A stretch of DNA of 64,000 bases from Eubacteriales bacterium (GCA_045590715.1 JAZNRO010000049.1:1853-65852); one strand, 5' to 3'; positions 18,273-27,294 are shown, counted from the stretch's first letter. The notes: generated by a model from the sequence alone, not told the origin. Numbers and translations: made by a program.

Positions 18273-19582
18273 TTTTCTTCTCCCTTTGCTTTCACTTCAT
18301 TCAAAGCCTTCAGCTTATGGTGACGGCGATGCTTTACTTCATCGCTCATGGGCTTGATTTCACCGGCGGCAGTCAGAGCCATACGGGTAAAGACCGGACC
18401 GAAGAGCTCGTAAATAAGAACCGCAAAAAGCGTAATATTGCGAATAAGATTTCCCTCTGCGCCAAGCTGCATGGCAGTGGTGCACATACCCAGAGCAACA
18501 CCGGTTTGGGGAAGAAGGGTGATACCCAGATACTTGCAAATATTTTCAGAGCATCCGGTCATTTTCGCACTGCTCATAGCGCCAAAATACTTACCCAAAG
18601 AGCGGAAGAGAATATAAACAAGACCGATAAAGACGATGGAAATTTCCGTAAATACGTTCAGCTCCAGTTCAGCGCCGCTGATAACGAAGAACAGGGCGAA
18701 AAGCGGAGAAGTCCATTTATCGGAGCGCTCCATCAGATCCTCAGACAAGGGACAGATATTGCAGAAGACCGTACCCAGCATCATACAAACAAGCAGAGAG
18801 GAAAAGCCTACGTGAACCGGGCCCAGTTCAAAATGCAGTTTGGAAAGAGATGCGGTCAAAAATACCAGGGCGATGGTAAGATTTAAACGGTTGGTATTGG
18901 AGTTAAAGAGTTTCTCCAGTTGGGTAAGAACCCAGCCCATAATAGCGCCCAGAATCAGAGAGGCAATGATCTCTACCATGGGATTTACAAAAATAGAAAT
19001 AAGATCGGGAGAACCCTGACTGGCAAGAGCCTTTGCCACACCGAAAGATACCGCAAATGCTACAAGACCTACCGCATCGTCCAGGGCTACAATGGGGAGA
19101 AGAAGCTTGGTCAAAGGACCGTCTGCCTTATACTGACGAACAACCATCAAAGTTGCGGCGGGAGCGGTAGCGGTGGCAATAGCACCCAAGGTCAGAACCT
19201 GGGCAAGGCTTATTTTATCCGGCATCATAAAGTGGATACCCAGAAGAGCCAGATCTACAAAAATAAGAGCCACCAGTGCCTGGAAAATACCGATCACCAG
19301 CGCCTGCTTGCCGGTTTTTTTCAGATCCTGCAAGCGGAATTCATTGCCGATGGAAAAAGCAATAAAGCCCAGCGCCACTTCGGACACCATAGAAAGACGG
19401 CTTACCGCGTCGGCAGAGGAAAAGCCAATGCCATTCAGTCCCAGAGCACCCAGACAGTAGGGGCCGATAAGAACGCCTGCGATCAGGTACGCGGTAACGG
19501 CGGGAAGTTTAAATTTTTTCAGGACTCGGGTCATTAAAAGACCGGTCAGAAGTGCGAATGATACGGTCAAAAGCGTATTCAT
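18269..19582 (-). CDS. Cation:proton antiporter (CPA2 / Kef-type membrane domain)
   Basis: 437 aa, polytopic. N-terminus LPAVTAYLIAGVLIGPYCLG is typical of the Na+/H+ exchanger family. ATGA overlap with the downstream SulP gene. Confidence 0.7.
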   Translation of the reverse strand: MNTLLTVSFALLTGLLMTRVLKKFKLPAVTAYLIAGVLIGPYCLGALGLNGIGFSSADAVSRLSMVSEVALGFIAFSIGNEFRLQDLKKTGKQALVIGIFQALVALIFVDLALLGIHFMMPDKISLAQVLTLGAIATATAPAATLMVVRQYKADGPLTKLLLPIVALDDAVGLVAFAVSFGVAKALASQGSPDLISIFVNPMVEIIASLILGAIMGWVLTQLEKLFNSNTNRLNLTIALVFLTASLSKLHFELGPVHVGFSSLLVCMMLGTVFCNICPLSEDLMERSDKWTSPLFALFFVISGAELELNVFTEISIVFIGLVYILFRSLGKYFGAMSSAKMTGCSENICKYLGITLLPQTGVALGMCTTAMQLGAEGNLIRNITLFAVLIYELFGPVFTRMALTAAGEIKPMSDEVKHRRHHKLKALNEVKAKGEEK

Positions 19583-19704
19583 AAAATTACCCTCTTTTTC
19601 TATTTTTCAAAACGGACACATTATACACCCAAAGGGGCAAAATAGTCAATGGCAAAACCCACAAAAAAACGACACAAAACCGTCCCTTTTTTGCCTTTCC
19701 CAAT

Positions 19705-19738
19705 ACAAAAAAAGATGACGGAAAACCGTCATCTTTTT
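19705..19738 (-). terminator. Rho-independent terminator after pepD
   Basis: Stem AAGATGACGG / CCGTCATCTT, 4-nt loop, T-run on the minus strand. Confidence 0.75.
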
Positions 19739-19746
19739 CACTTCTG

Positions 19747-21165
19747 TTATAAATTTTCCAAAAGTCTTAAAAGCCTTTTGTAAAGCCTTTCGGTAGAGGA
19801 GAGCGAAAGCCTCTCGGCGGTGGTATGAATATCCAAAAGATCCGGGCCGATGGCAATGCAATCAAGGTCAGGGATATTACCGGCAAAGACGCCGCATTCC
19901 AGACCCGCGTGAATCCCCTCGATCTTAATTTCTTCCCCTCTCTCTTCCTTATAAAGTCCGGCGTACAGATCCCGAAGAGGTGATTCCTTCCGGTATTCCC
20001 AAGGGGGATAGTGCCCAAAACTTTCCATCGTTCCGCCAAAATTCTCTGCCAGGAGAGAAAGGATCTCCTCCATTTCAGAAAGAGCGGAAAGAAGACTGGA
20101 ACGAAGGAGAAAATGAGCCAGAAATCCTTCTTCTTTCGTTTCCATTACCCCCAGGTTCAAAGAACTCTGCACCTGGCCCGGAACCTGGTCGCTCATCTCC
20201 ACAACACCCGTAGGAAAAAGGGAAAGATGATTTAAAATAAGAGGCGTTTCCACAGGATCAGTAGCCTTTGCTTCGCCCTTTTTCTCTAAAAGAGAGATGG
20301 AATAAGAAAAATTCTTTTCGGAAGAAGAAATTTCCTCTTTCCAGGCAGAAAGGATCTCCTCGGCCTTTTTTAAAACCTCTTCCCCCTTTTCGCAAAGAAG
20401 CAAAACTTCGCTTTCCGAAGGGATCACGTTGGGCTTTTTACCGCCGGAAAAAGAGGCCAAAGCAAAAGCTTCACTCTCGTAAAGTTCTAAAAGAAAACGG
20501 GCCATAAAGCAAATGGCGTTTTCTCTTTTTTCCGCAATATCCACCCCGGAATGACCGCCTAAAAGAGAATCAAAAGAGATCTTTACAAGATCTCCCTTCC
20601 TTTCACAAAAGGTAACGGGCAAATTTAAAACCACGTCTCTGCCCCCGGCGCAGGAGCAAGTGATGACCCCTTCCTGCTCCGAGTCTAAATTTACCATTCT
20701 TTTGCCGGAAAGAAGGCGATAATCCACCTTTCCCGCGCCGATCATTCCCACCTCTTCATCGGTGGTGAAAAGGGCCTCAATAGGGGGATGAGAAAGATCC
20801 TCCCGCTCCAAAATAGCGAGGATCATAGCGATGGCGATACCGTCGTCACCGCCAAGGGTCGTACCCCTGGCCTTTAAAAAATCACCCTCAATAAAGGTCC
20901 GGATGCCGTCTTTTTCAAAATCAATCTCGACCCCTATATCCTTCTGGCAAACCATATCCAGATGCCCCTGAAGGATCACCGGCTCTTCCCCTTCCCTGCC
21001 GGGAGAGGCTGCCTTTTTGATCATTACATTTTGGGCCTGATCCCGATGGCACCAAAGCCCCCGCTTTTCAGCAAAATCCTGGCAAAACTGCGCGATCTTC
21101 TCCATATTGCCGGAACCGTGGGGAATTTCGCAGATCTCTTCAAAATAATAAAGCACTCGCTCCAT
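19747..21165 (-). CDS. pepD: Aminoacyl-histidine dipeptidase (M20 family, PepD-like)
   Basis: 472 aa. YFEEICEIPHGSGN, ILQGHLDMV, FTTDEEVGMIGA, and C-terminal GIHAGLECG / AIGPD..DIHT motifs. Confidence 0.8.
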   Translation of the reverse strand: MERVLYYFEEICEIPHGSGNMEKIAQFCQDFAEKRGLWCHRDQAQNVMIKKAASPGREGEEPVILQGHLDMVCQKDIGVEIDFEKDGIRTFIEGDFLKARGTTLGGDDGIAIAMILAILEREDLSHPPIEALFTTDEEVGMIGAGKVDYRLLSGKRMVNLDSEQEGVITCSCAGGRDVVLNLPVTFCERKGDLVKISFDSLLGGHSGVDIAEKRENAICFMARFLLELYESEAFALASFSGGKKPNVIPSESEVLLLCEKGEEVLKKAEEILSAWKEEISSSEKNFSYSISLLEKKGEAKATDPVETPLILNHLSLFPTGVVEMSDQVPGQVQSSLNLGVMETKEEGFLAHFLLRSSLLSALSEMEEILSLLAENFGGTMESFGHYPPWEYRKESPLRDLYAGLYKEERGEEIKIEGIHAGLECGVFAGNIPDLDCIAIGPDLLDIHTTAERLSLSSTERLYKRLLRLLENL

Positions 21166-21245
21166 TTTCTTCTCCTAAAAATCATTTCTTACCCTAATTT
21201 TACCAAAAATAAAAGGCTGGGGCAAGTAAAAATACAAAGAATTTG

Positions 21246-21285
21246 TCAAAAGGGGCATCCTTCAAAAAAGGATGCCCCTAAAAAA
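21246..21285 (-). terminator. Rho-independent terminator after the ABC operon
   Basis: Stem AGGGGCATCC / GGATGCCCCT with a T-run on the minus strand. Confidence 0.7.
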
Positions 21286-21290
21286 TATCA

Positions 21291-21953
21291 CTATGAAACG
21301 ATCTTTCCGTCTGAAAGATGGATCTCTCTTCTTGCATAAGATGCCACGTGATCGTCATGGGTAACTAAAATTATGGTAATGCCACTTTCGTTCAGACCCT
21401 TCAGCACTTCCATAATGGCTTCTCCCGTTGCTGAATCAAGCTGTCCCGTTGGCTCATCTGCCAAAAGAACACCAGGCGAATTTACAATGGCTCTTGCAAT
21501 GGCAACTCTCTGCCTCTGCCCGCCGGAAAGCTGATTGGCCTTCTTCTTGGCTTGTTCCGAGAGACCCACTTTTTCCAACGCAACAAGAGCCGCTTTTTTC
21601 ACCTTACCATAAGGCATTTTGCTAAAAAGAAGAGGAAGCATAACGTTATACAAAACAGTCTGCGTATTAATGAGCGCAAAATCCTGAAGAACAAAGCCGA
21701 TCTCTTCATTGCGGATAACGGCTTTCTTTCCATCTCCTACGCCAGCGATATCTTTCTCTCTGAAAAAATAAGATCCTTTGCTTGCATCATCCAGACATCC
21801 GATAATATTTAAAAGCGTGGTTTTTCCACTTCCGCTGGCACCCCGAACAACAACAAATTCGCCTTCTTCAATCACAAGATCCACATCTCGCAGGGCATAA
21901 AAATCTTCTTTTCCTACTTTGTATATTTTTGATATATTTTTCAGTCTGATCAT
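21291..21953 (-). CDS. ABC transporter ATP-binding protein (MacB/LolD/FtsE-type)
   Basis: 220 aa. Walker A GASGSGKTT, signature LSGGQRQR, Walker B LLADEPT. 4-nt overlap with the upstream permease. Confidence 0.9.
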   Translation of the reverse strand: MIRLKNISKIYKVGKEDFYALRDVDLVIEEGEFVVVRGASGSGKTTLLNIIGCLDDASKGSYFFREKDIAGVGDGKKAVIRNEEIGFVLQDFALINTQTVLYNVMLPLLFSKMPYGKVKKAALVALEKVGLSEQAKKKANQLSGGQRQRVAIARAIVNSPGVLLADEPTGQLDSATGEAIMEVLKGLNESGITIILVTHDDHVASYARREIHLSDGKIVS

Positions 21954-23224
21954 TTTTCTGCTCCTCTCAAAAACTGTATGGGATTTTTTCCTGCCATAGA
22001 AACAAACACGGTACCTGCGGCGATCAATAAAGTGAAAATAAAGTATAGAATAACGAAGGTTTTAGTATAAGCTCCCATAAGCATAGAAGGTTGAACATAA
22101 ATAATTTCCTTTGATTCCAATATTGGCCGAATCCAAACATATAAATAACCAATAAAAGTAGGAACTATGGATATAAAAGCAAAAGTGGCAAATGCCATAA
22201 CGCCGCAACGCACTTTACTTGCTCCGCAAAGATAATAAATCGCCACTTCTTTCTCTTTGGATTTCACAGTCAAAATTACCGTGCTGAAAAAAGCAACAGT
22301 GGATACAAGTAACATAAAGATAGGCTTTGCAAGCATCATCCATATTTGGTCTTGAATCTCTTTCTGGGTCTTTTCAAGAATATCCGTTACCGATTGCGTA
22401 TGGTAAAGATCACTTAAGTCTTCTAAAACCGCATCACGCTCCTCTTGTGTCGCATCCTCTTTAAATTTCAACATTAAATTCAAATCCGGCGAACAGGAAG
22501 TATATTTTAACTTATCCAAATTTTCTTCTGTATATAATAGAAAAACCGATTTTTCACCTGTTACGAGAAAATCCGATGCAGACGCTCCCTCCGTACTGCC
22601 GTGACTTAAAGAAAAACGATAATACGGAAACTGACGCCATCCTTCCACTTGATAAGAAAAAGTTGCATCAAGTTTTGACGATGAATATAACGTTAGCTCA
22701 CCATCTTCTATATAATGCTTCATATCGCTGTTTGCAAGAAGACACCCATTTTCATCCCGCCATTTGAATCCTATTTTTTTCAATGCGGGAAAATCCTCTA
22801 ACATTTCCGGCTCCAGAAAAATGATGCTGGTCATAGATCTGGACTCTGTGGTATAAGCAAAATCTTCTTCCTCGCTAGGCACGTCGTCCCAAGTTTCCGG
22901 AGGAATATAATGAACGATATTGGTATGCCAAACCGTATAGACGCTTTCGACCCCATCCATTTCTTTTAACTCATTGATTTTACTTTTTGTCTGATTGGAA
23001 AGAGCCGTATTCATATCTTTTTCGCCGCGGGAAAAAAAGCGGTATACATAATATATATCATCTTTTCTGTCGGAATTAAATATGTCATACCCTACTCTTA
23101 AATATTCATACTTTCCCATGGCCTGTATAGAAACCAGCAGGGAAAAAGTCATCATCACAGCCAAAAGCAACGTCTGAAAACGAATTCCTCTGAAATACGA
23201 TAAAATAACCCGAATATGTTTCAT
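21950..23224 (-). CDS. FtsX-like ABC permease with large extracytoplasmic domain (copy 3)
   Basis: 424 aa. N-terminal TM, about 260-aa hydrophilic loop, C-terminal 3-TM FtsX-type block. Confidence 0.65.
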   Translation of the reverse strand: MKHIRVILSYFRGIRFQTLLLAVMMTFSLLVSIQAMGKYEYLRVGYDIFNSDRKDDIYYVYRFFSRGEKDMNTALSNQTKSKINELKEMDGVESVYTVWHTNIVHYIPPETWDDVPSEEEDFAYTTESRSMTSIIFLEPEMLEDFPALKKIGFKWRDENGCLLANSDMKHYIEDGELTLYSSSKLDATFSYQVEGWRQFPYYRFSLSHGSTEGASASDFLVTGEKSVFLLYTEENLDKLKYTSCSPDLNLMLKFKEDATQEERDAVLEDLSDLYHTQSVTDILEKTQKEIQDQIWMMLAKPIFMLLVSTVAFFSTVILTVKSKEKEVAIYYLCGASKVRCGVMAFATFAFISIVPTFIGYLYVWIRPILESKEIIYVQPSMLMGAYTKTFVILYFIFTLLIAAGTVFVSMAGKNPIQFLRGAEK

Positions 23225-23235
23225 TTTCTCCTCCT

Positions 23236-24318
23236 TTACAATATTTTTCTGTGAAGATCAAACAGTGTTTCTCGGCGATAGCGTGCTATGAAAGGAATCA
23301 GAATAATAAGAGTAGTAATCAACGTAATGAAAAGTACGATCATATAATCAAAGATGGTAAAATGAAATGATTTACCGGCAATGCTATCAAAAGAAAAAAC
23401 AGACGAAAAAGCACTGTAAAAAACAAGACCTAAAACAGAAGAGGTCATACATAAGAGAAAACATTCCCAGAAAGTAAATACAATAATATCTGATTTTGGA
23501 GCACCGACGATCATAGAAATCAAATTGTCTTTTTCAAAAGAGCCTAACAGATAGCGAAGCAAAAGAAGGAAAGAACTGACTGCAATAAAATAACATAAAA
23601 ATATCGGCAATAGTTCTCTTTGAGCATCCATCTGTATTTGCTGTACCAAACGGTGCGGTGCAACGACTGCTATACGGGAATCTGAAAAAATATTATTGAG
23701 ATACTCCTCTATCAAAGAAGTTTCTTTTTCCGTTTCCGGAACGGCAACAATTGCTATTTTTTGAGCCATTCCGCCCAAGGCTTCAAAAGCGTCAAAGGAA
23801 ATATAATACCCGTCTCCGGTATATTTCCCTACTACCTGAAATTCTTTATCCTGAAGAATGACCGTTTCCCCAAGATCACGCTCGGAAGTTCTGTCAACAA
23901 TGATTTCATTGTCCTTTAAAGAATGGGGATCTGTTGTTCCGTAAAGCCGAACGAACTTTTGTTCCCCTTTCCAAAAAGTCACAACTCCAATTTGATCTTT
24001 TTCTCCGGCAGGCGTTAATCTTCGTTCCGCCATAACATTTTCAAACAAAGAGTTCTCAACAATAGGCCCTATATCCTCAATAGAAAAGCTTGTTTCCCGG
24101 GTTAAATCTTCCTGTGCTTCTCCCTGATAAAACACTTCATATTTCCTGAAATCTGCAATAGAAGTTACTTGATTTTTATAAAGAGCCATGGTTTGTCCAT
24201 AAAAAGATGCAACAACAAAAGAACTGATTGCGCCCCCAAAAAGAAACAAGAGAAAAATGGCCTTGTTTCTCGTATAATATCCCTTCAAACGCGAAAAGAT
24301 CAAATAAATCGTTTTCAT
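23236..24318 (-). CDS. FtsX-like ABC permease (copy 2, paralog of copy 1)
   Basis: 360 aa. N-terminus ...YYTRNKAIFLLFLFGGAISSFVVASFYG and C-terminal LLLLRYLLGSF..N..S.IVG align by eye with 24343..25602. Confidence 0.65.
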   Translation of the reverse strand: MKTIYLIFSRLKGYYTRNKAIFLLFLFGGAISSFVVASFYGQTMALYKNQVTSIADFRKYEVFYQGEAQEDLTRETSFSIEDIGPIVENSLFENVMAERRLTPAGEKDQIGVVTFWKGEQKFVRLYGTTDPHSLKDNEIIVDRTSERDLGETVILQDKEFQVVGKYTGDGYYISFDAFEALGGMAQKIAIVAVPETEKETSLIEEYLNNIFSDSRIAVVAPHRLVQQIQMDAQRELLPIFLCYFIAVSSFLLLLRYLLGSFEKDNLISMIVGAPKSDIIVFTFWECFLLCMTSSVLGLVFYSAFSSVFSFDSIAGKSFHFTIFDYMIVLFITLITTLIILIPFIARYRRETLFDLHRKIL

Positions 24319-24342
24319 TGTTTACTCCTTTCGCAGATCTTT

Positions 24343-25602
24343 TTACAAATTTCTCCTTCTTAATTCAACCGGATTTTGGATCTGAAATAATAAAACAAAG
24401 GGAATCAACACGGCAACACTTACTCCCGCCATAATGAGAAAGAGTATCGCATAATCCTGAAAACTTTCAGCCAAATAATAAACCGAAGTAATATGAGAAA
24501 ACAAAGACGGCGATAACAATTTATGAAGAATAAGCCCGATCATCGCCGGAATTACGGAAAGAAGCAAACTCTCCGTAAAAACACAAGCAAAAAGTTTTCT
24601 TTTCTTCATTCCAACAATAATAGAGACCGCATTATCACCGGCAAGAGAATTCAAAAGATAGCGAAGCAAAATTAAAAATGCAACCTGAGACATAAAGTAG
24701 CAAAAAACAATGGTGATCAGTCTCTCATAAAAACTGTGCAGCTGGATTCCGCCTTCCAACGGTTCCCCATAGGCCGACGGCCGATGAAGATAATAGCTAG
24801 GACCAAAAACCGTATCCAGAGGATAAGAAACATCCGTATATACCAGGTCATAATCAGAGAAGATCTCTCTGGCCAGATCAGTGACGGGATTTTCCTTTTC
24901 ATCATAAGTTTCCGATGAAAAGAAAACGACTGCCGTAATAAGTCCGCCGCTTACCTCTTTCATGGCACTTGGTGTTATCAACGAGCAAAAAGTATTACTG
25001 GCTATTGAGGCAATTTCAAATTCCTTCCCGGCGATTACCTTCTTATCTCCGATTTTTTCGGACCAGTCAGTATAAATTATCTGATCATCCTGCAGTTCTT
25101 CATATTTCGTACTTCCTCCGATAATCTCCAATACCTCGTGTGCCGGGCCGACGCCGCTACCCACATGGAGCCATGTATTACTAGCCAGCGTCTCCCCTTT
25201 TATGATGGAATATAAAGATTTGCGCGAATGAATACCCGGATCATCAAACCTTTCCTGAAAAATAACCATTACCTGCTCGATCAAATCACTTTTTGCAAGA
25301 CGTTCTGCCTGATCCATGGTAATATGATCTTTTCTGGTATTTACATTAATAAATCCGGTTCCATCTTCTGCCAAATCTGCTCCGTTAATTTCACCGGCAT
25401 AATCCCAAGTAAGATAATACGTGCGATAAACGGGAGCATCCTTGGTAACTCCGGACTGACGGATCAAGGCATAGGCCTCTCCGGAAAAGCTTGCCAAAAC
25501 GAAAGCATTTAAAATTCCGCCTAAAATGAAAAGAGTAAAAATCAACTTATTTCGCAAAAAATATGCAAAAATACGGTTTTTCACCAGCAAAAGATTTTTC
25601 AA
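24343..25602 (-). CDS. FtsX-like ABC permease (copy 1)
   Basis: 419 aa. N-terminus ...YFLRNKLIFTLFILGGILNAFVLASFSG, C-terminal ILLRYLLNSLAGDNAVSIIVG. Same topology as copy 2. Confidence 0.65.
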   Translation of the reverse strand: MKNLLLVKNRIFAYFLRNKLIFTLFILGGILNAFVLASFSGEAYALIRQSGVTKDAPVYRTYYLTWDYAGEINGADLAEDGTGFINVNTRKDHITMDQAERLAKSDLIEQVMVIFQERFDDPGIHSRKSLYSIIKGETLASNTWLHVGSGVGPAHEVLEIIGGSTKYEELQDDQIIYTDWSEKIGDKKVIAGKEFEIASIASNTFCSLITPSAMKEVSGGLITAVVFFSSETYDEKENPVTDLAREIFSDYDLVYTDVSYPLDTVFGPSYYLHRPSAYGEPLEGGIQLHSFYERLITIVFCYFMSQVAFLILLRYLLNSLAGDNAVSIIVGMKKRKLFACVFTESLLLSVIPAMIGLILHKLLSPSLFSHITSVYYLAESFQDYAILFLIMAGVSVAVLIPFVLLFQIQNPVELRRRNL

Positions 25603-25630
25603 GATTTGTCTCCTTTCTGCTTTTAAGGGT

Positions 25631-25657
25631 GCCCACCGCAGGATGTGTGCGGTGGGC
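25631..25657 (-). promoter_or_regulatory. GC-rich intercistronic stem-loop between the secreted-protein gene and the first permease gene
   Basis: Perfect 10-bp stem GCCCACCGCA / TGCGGTGGGC, 7-nt loop. No clear U-run on the coding strand. Confidence 0.5.
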
Positions 25658-25725
25658 CGGAAATTTAAAATTTAGAAATCTTCACACCTTTGCAAAACAA
25701 TAAATCGAAAGATATATCAATTATT

Positions 25726-26175
25726 TTAATACTCAGTGGCATACACAGTAAACCAATAATTATTGCTGGTTCCGTTTACTACGCGGCCGCCGTTAAAATC
25801 AGCAATTTTCATGAATTTCTTATCTTCAGCGGTCCCGCTCTTGGGAGCACCTAAAGTTGCCCAACCAGAATTAATACTGGAAGAACCGTTAGAATCCGTG
25901 CGCTTGTAATTACTTTCGTTATTGGCACGGAAGATCTCTACCCAAGCATAGCCGGAAGTCATACCGGAAGCTCCGAGCATAGTTGCTTCAGCACTGGCTC
26001 CAAGAGTAGTAGAATTAAAACTATAGACCCAATTCAGCGCATTGTTGAAAACTCCGTTTTGCCCTGTCTTCAAAGAAAGCCTAACATCATCATAGAAAGA
26101 GGCGCCGAACACTGGAACTGCAATAGCTGCGATCAAACAAACGATCAGCAATGTGGAAATAACGATCTTTTTCAT
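25726..26175 (-). CDS. Small Sec-secreted protein (about 149-aa precursor), first gene of the ABC/FtsX operon; possible bacteriocin-like product
   Basis: ATG 26175 with RBS AAAGGAGAAA. Signal peptide MKKIVISTLLIVCLIAAIAVPVFGA. The mature part is Gly/Ser/Asn/Thr-rich and ends ...NNYWFTVYATEY. Confidence 0.7.
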   Translation of the reverse strand: MKKIVISTLLIVCLIAAIAVPVFGASFYDDVRLSLKTGQNGVFNNALNWVYSFNSTTLGASAEATMLGASGMTSGYAWVEIFRANNESNYKRTDSNGSSSINSGWATLGAPKSGTAEDKKFMKIADFNGGRVVNGTSNNYWFTVYATEY

Positions 26176-26394
26176 TGTATTTCTCCTTTTCTGTATTTTT
26201 TCATTTATTTTATAAATACGCTTTTTCTTTTTTGGGGTGAAAAATACTCCTTTGTATTTATTCACCGATCAAATGCGAAAAAGCATCCGCACACTCAAAT
26301 CAATGAAGGCGGAAATATTTGACTTAAAAGTCAAAAAAATCACCTCCCTTTCTCATTCTGCATCAATTTGTGAATAATTGATGTTTCTAACATT

Positions 26395-26458
26395 AGTATA
26401 TATTGCCAATTACTTATTGTCAATAGCTATTGACAAAAAATATAAAAAAATTTAATAT
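26395..26458. promoter_or_regulatory. Divergent promoter pair sharing a perfect 20-bp palindrome (candidate PadR operator)
   Basis: Palindrome TTGTCAATAGCTATTGACAA (26417-26436). Each arm supplies a TTGACA -35. Minus strand: TTGACA, 17 nt, TATACT (26423-26395). Plus strand: TTGACA, 16 nt, TAATAT (26431-26458). Confidence 0.6.
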
Positions 26459-26502
26459 AACAATAGTCCTATCCGCTATTTCAAAATCTTAAGGAGTAGT
26501 TT

Positions 26503-26895
26503 ATGGAAAAAGACCTGGACGCTATCGTTTCGGAGGTTTCTACCAATTTCAAACGCGGAACCACGGAAATGCTACTTTTATCCCTTTTGACTTTAAAAGA
26601 CTGGTATGTATACGATCTTTCCAAAACATTGAAAAAGGCAAGCAACGAAAAGTTTGATATTCAGGGGCCTTCCCTGTACACTGCACTTTATCGTATGCAA
26701 GATCACGGTTTTGTTTCAAGCCATCGGGTCTTGATCGGACAACGGACAAGGATCTACTATCACCTTTTACCAAAAGGTGAAGAATATTTGAAAAAAATTC
26801 TGAAAGAGTATTTTGAAGTGGGCAGCGGTATTCATTCCGTGCTACAATACACAGAACTAAACGAAAAAAACGCGCAAAACGATGAGGAACCCTGA
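26503..26895 (+). CDS. PadR-family transcriptional regulator
   Basis: 130 aa. ...GTTEMLLLSLLTLKDWYVYDLSKTL...SLYTALYRMQDHGFVSS...RIYYHLLPKGEEYL winged-helix PadR pattern. RBS AAGGAG. Confidence 0.85.
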   Translation: MEKDLDAIVSEVSTNFKRGTTEMLLLSLLTLKDWYVYDLSKTLKKASNEKFDIQGPSLYTALYRMQDHGFVSSHRVLIGQRTRIYYHLLPKGEEYLKKILKEYFEVGSGIHSVLQYTELNEKNAQNDEEP

Positions 26896-26896
26896 T

Positions 26897-27286
26897 ATGG
26901 ATGAGAAATTTCTAAAAAATTATTACAAAAAAGTACGAAAAGAATTAAAATGCCCCAGGAAAATGAAAAAAGAGATCCTGGCAAATATGAAAAGCGATAT
27001 TGAGGAATATTTCGCGGAGTTTCCGGATGAAACAGAGTCTGGTTTTATCGACCGCTTTGGAGAACCCAAGCAGTACGCCAAGATATATATAACTACGTTA
27101 AATAACGACGTATTAAAGAAAAAGCTATCCCGAAATGTCTTTGGCCTCCGATTATGGCTTTTCTCCATTATCATTATGCTTTTGATCTTTATTGCAGTCC
27201 TTATCGGTATGATCCGCTGGAATAAGAGAACAACTCCCGTATTTTACACACAAGAGATCGTATACGAATCTCAACTACAAAAATAG
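26897..27286 (+). CDS. PadR-associated membrane protein (DUF1700/HAAS-like N-domain plus one TM)
   Basis: About 129 aa. Helical N-domain ...EILANMKSDIEEYF...FGEPKQYAKIY, then TM LWLFSIIIMLLIFIAVLIGMI. ATG 26897 is 1 nt after the padR stop; alternative start at 26882. Confidence 0.6.
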   Translation: MDEKFLKNYYKKVRKELKCPRKMKKEILANMKSDIEEYFAEFPDETESGFIDRFGEPKQYAKIYITTLNNDVLKKKLSRNVFGLRLWLFSIIIMLLIFIAVLIGMIRWNKRTTPVFYTQEIVYESQLQK

Positions 27287-27294
27287 AAAAGTCA

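Noticed and set aside
19646-19861. 71-aa minus-strand ORF overlapping the pepD 3' end and terminator
   Set aside because: It is out of frame with pepD, spans a terminator hairpin, and has no RBS.
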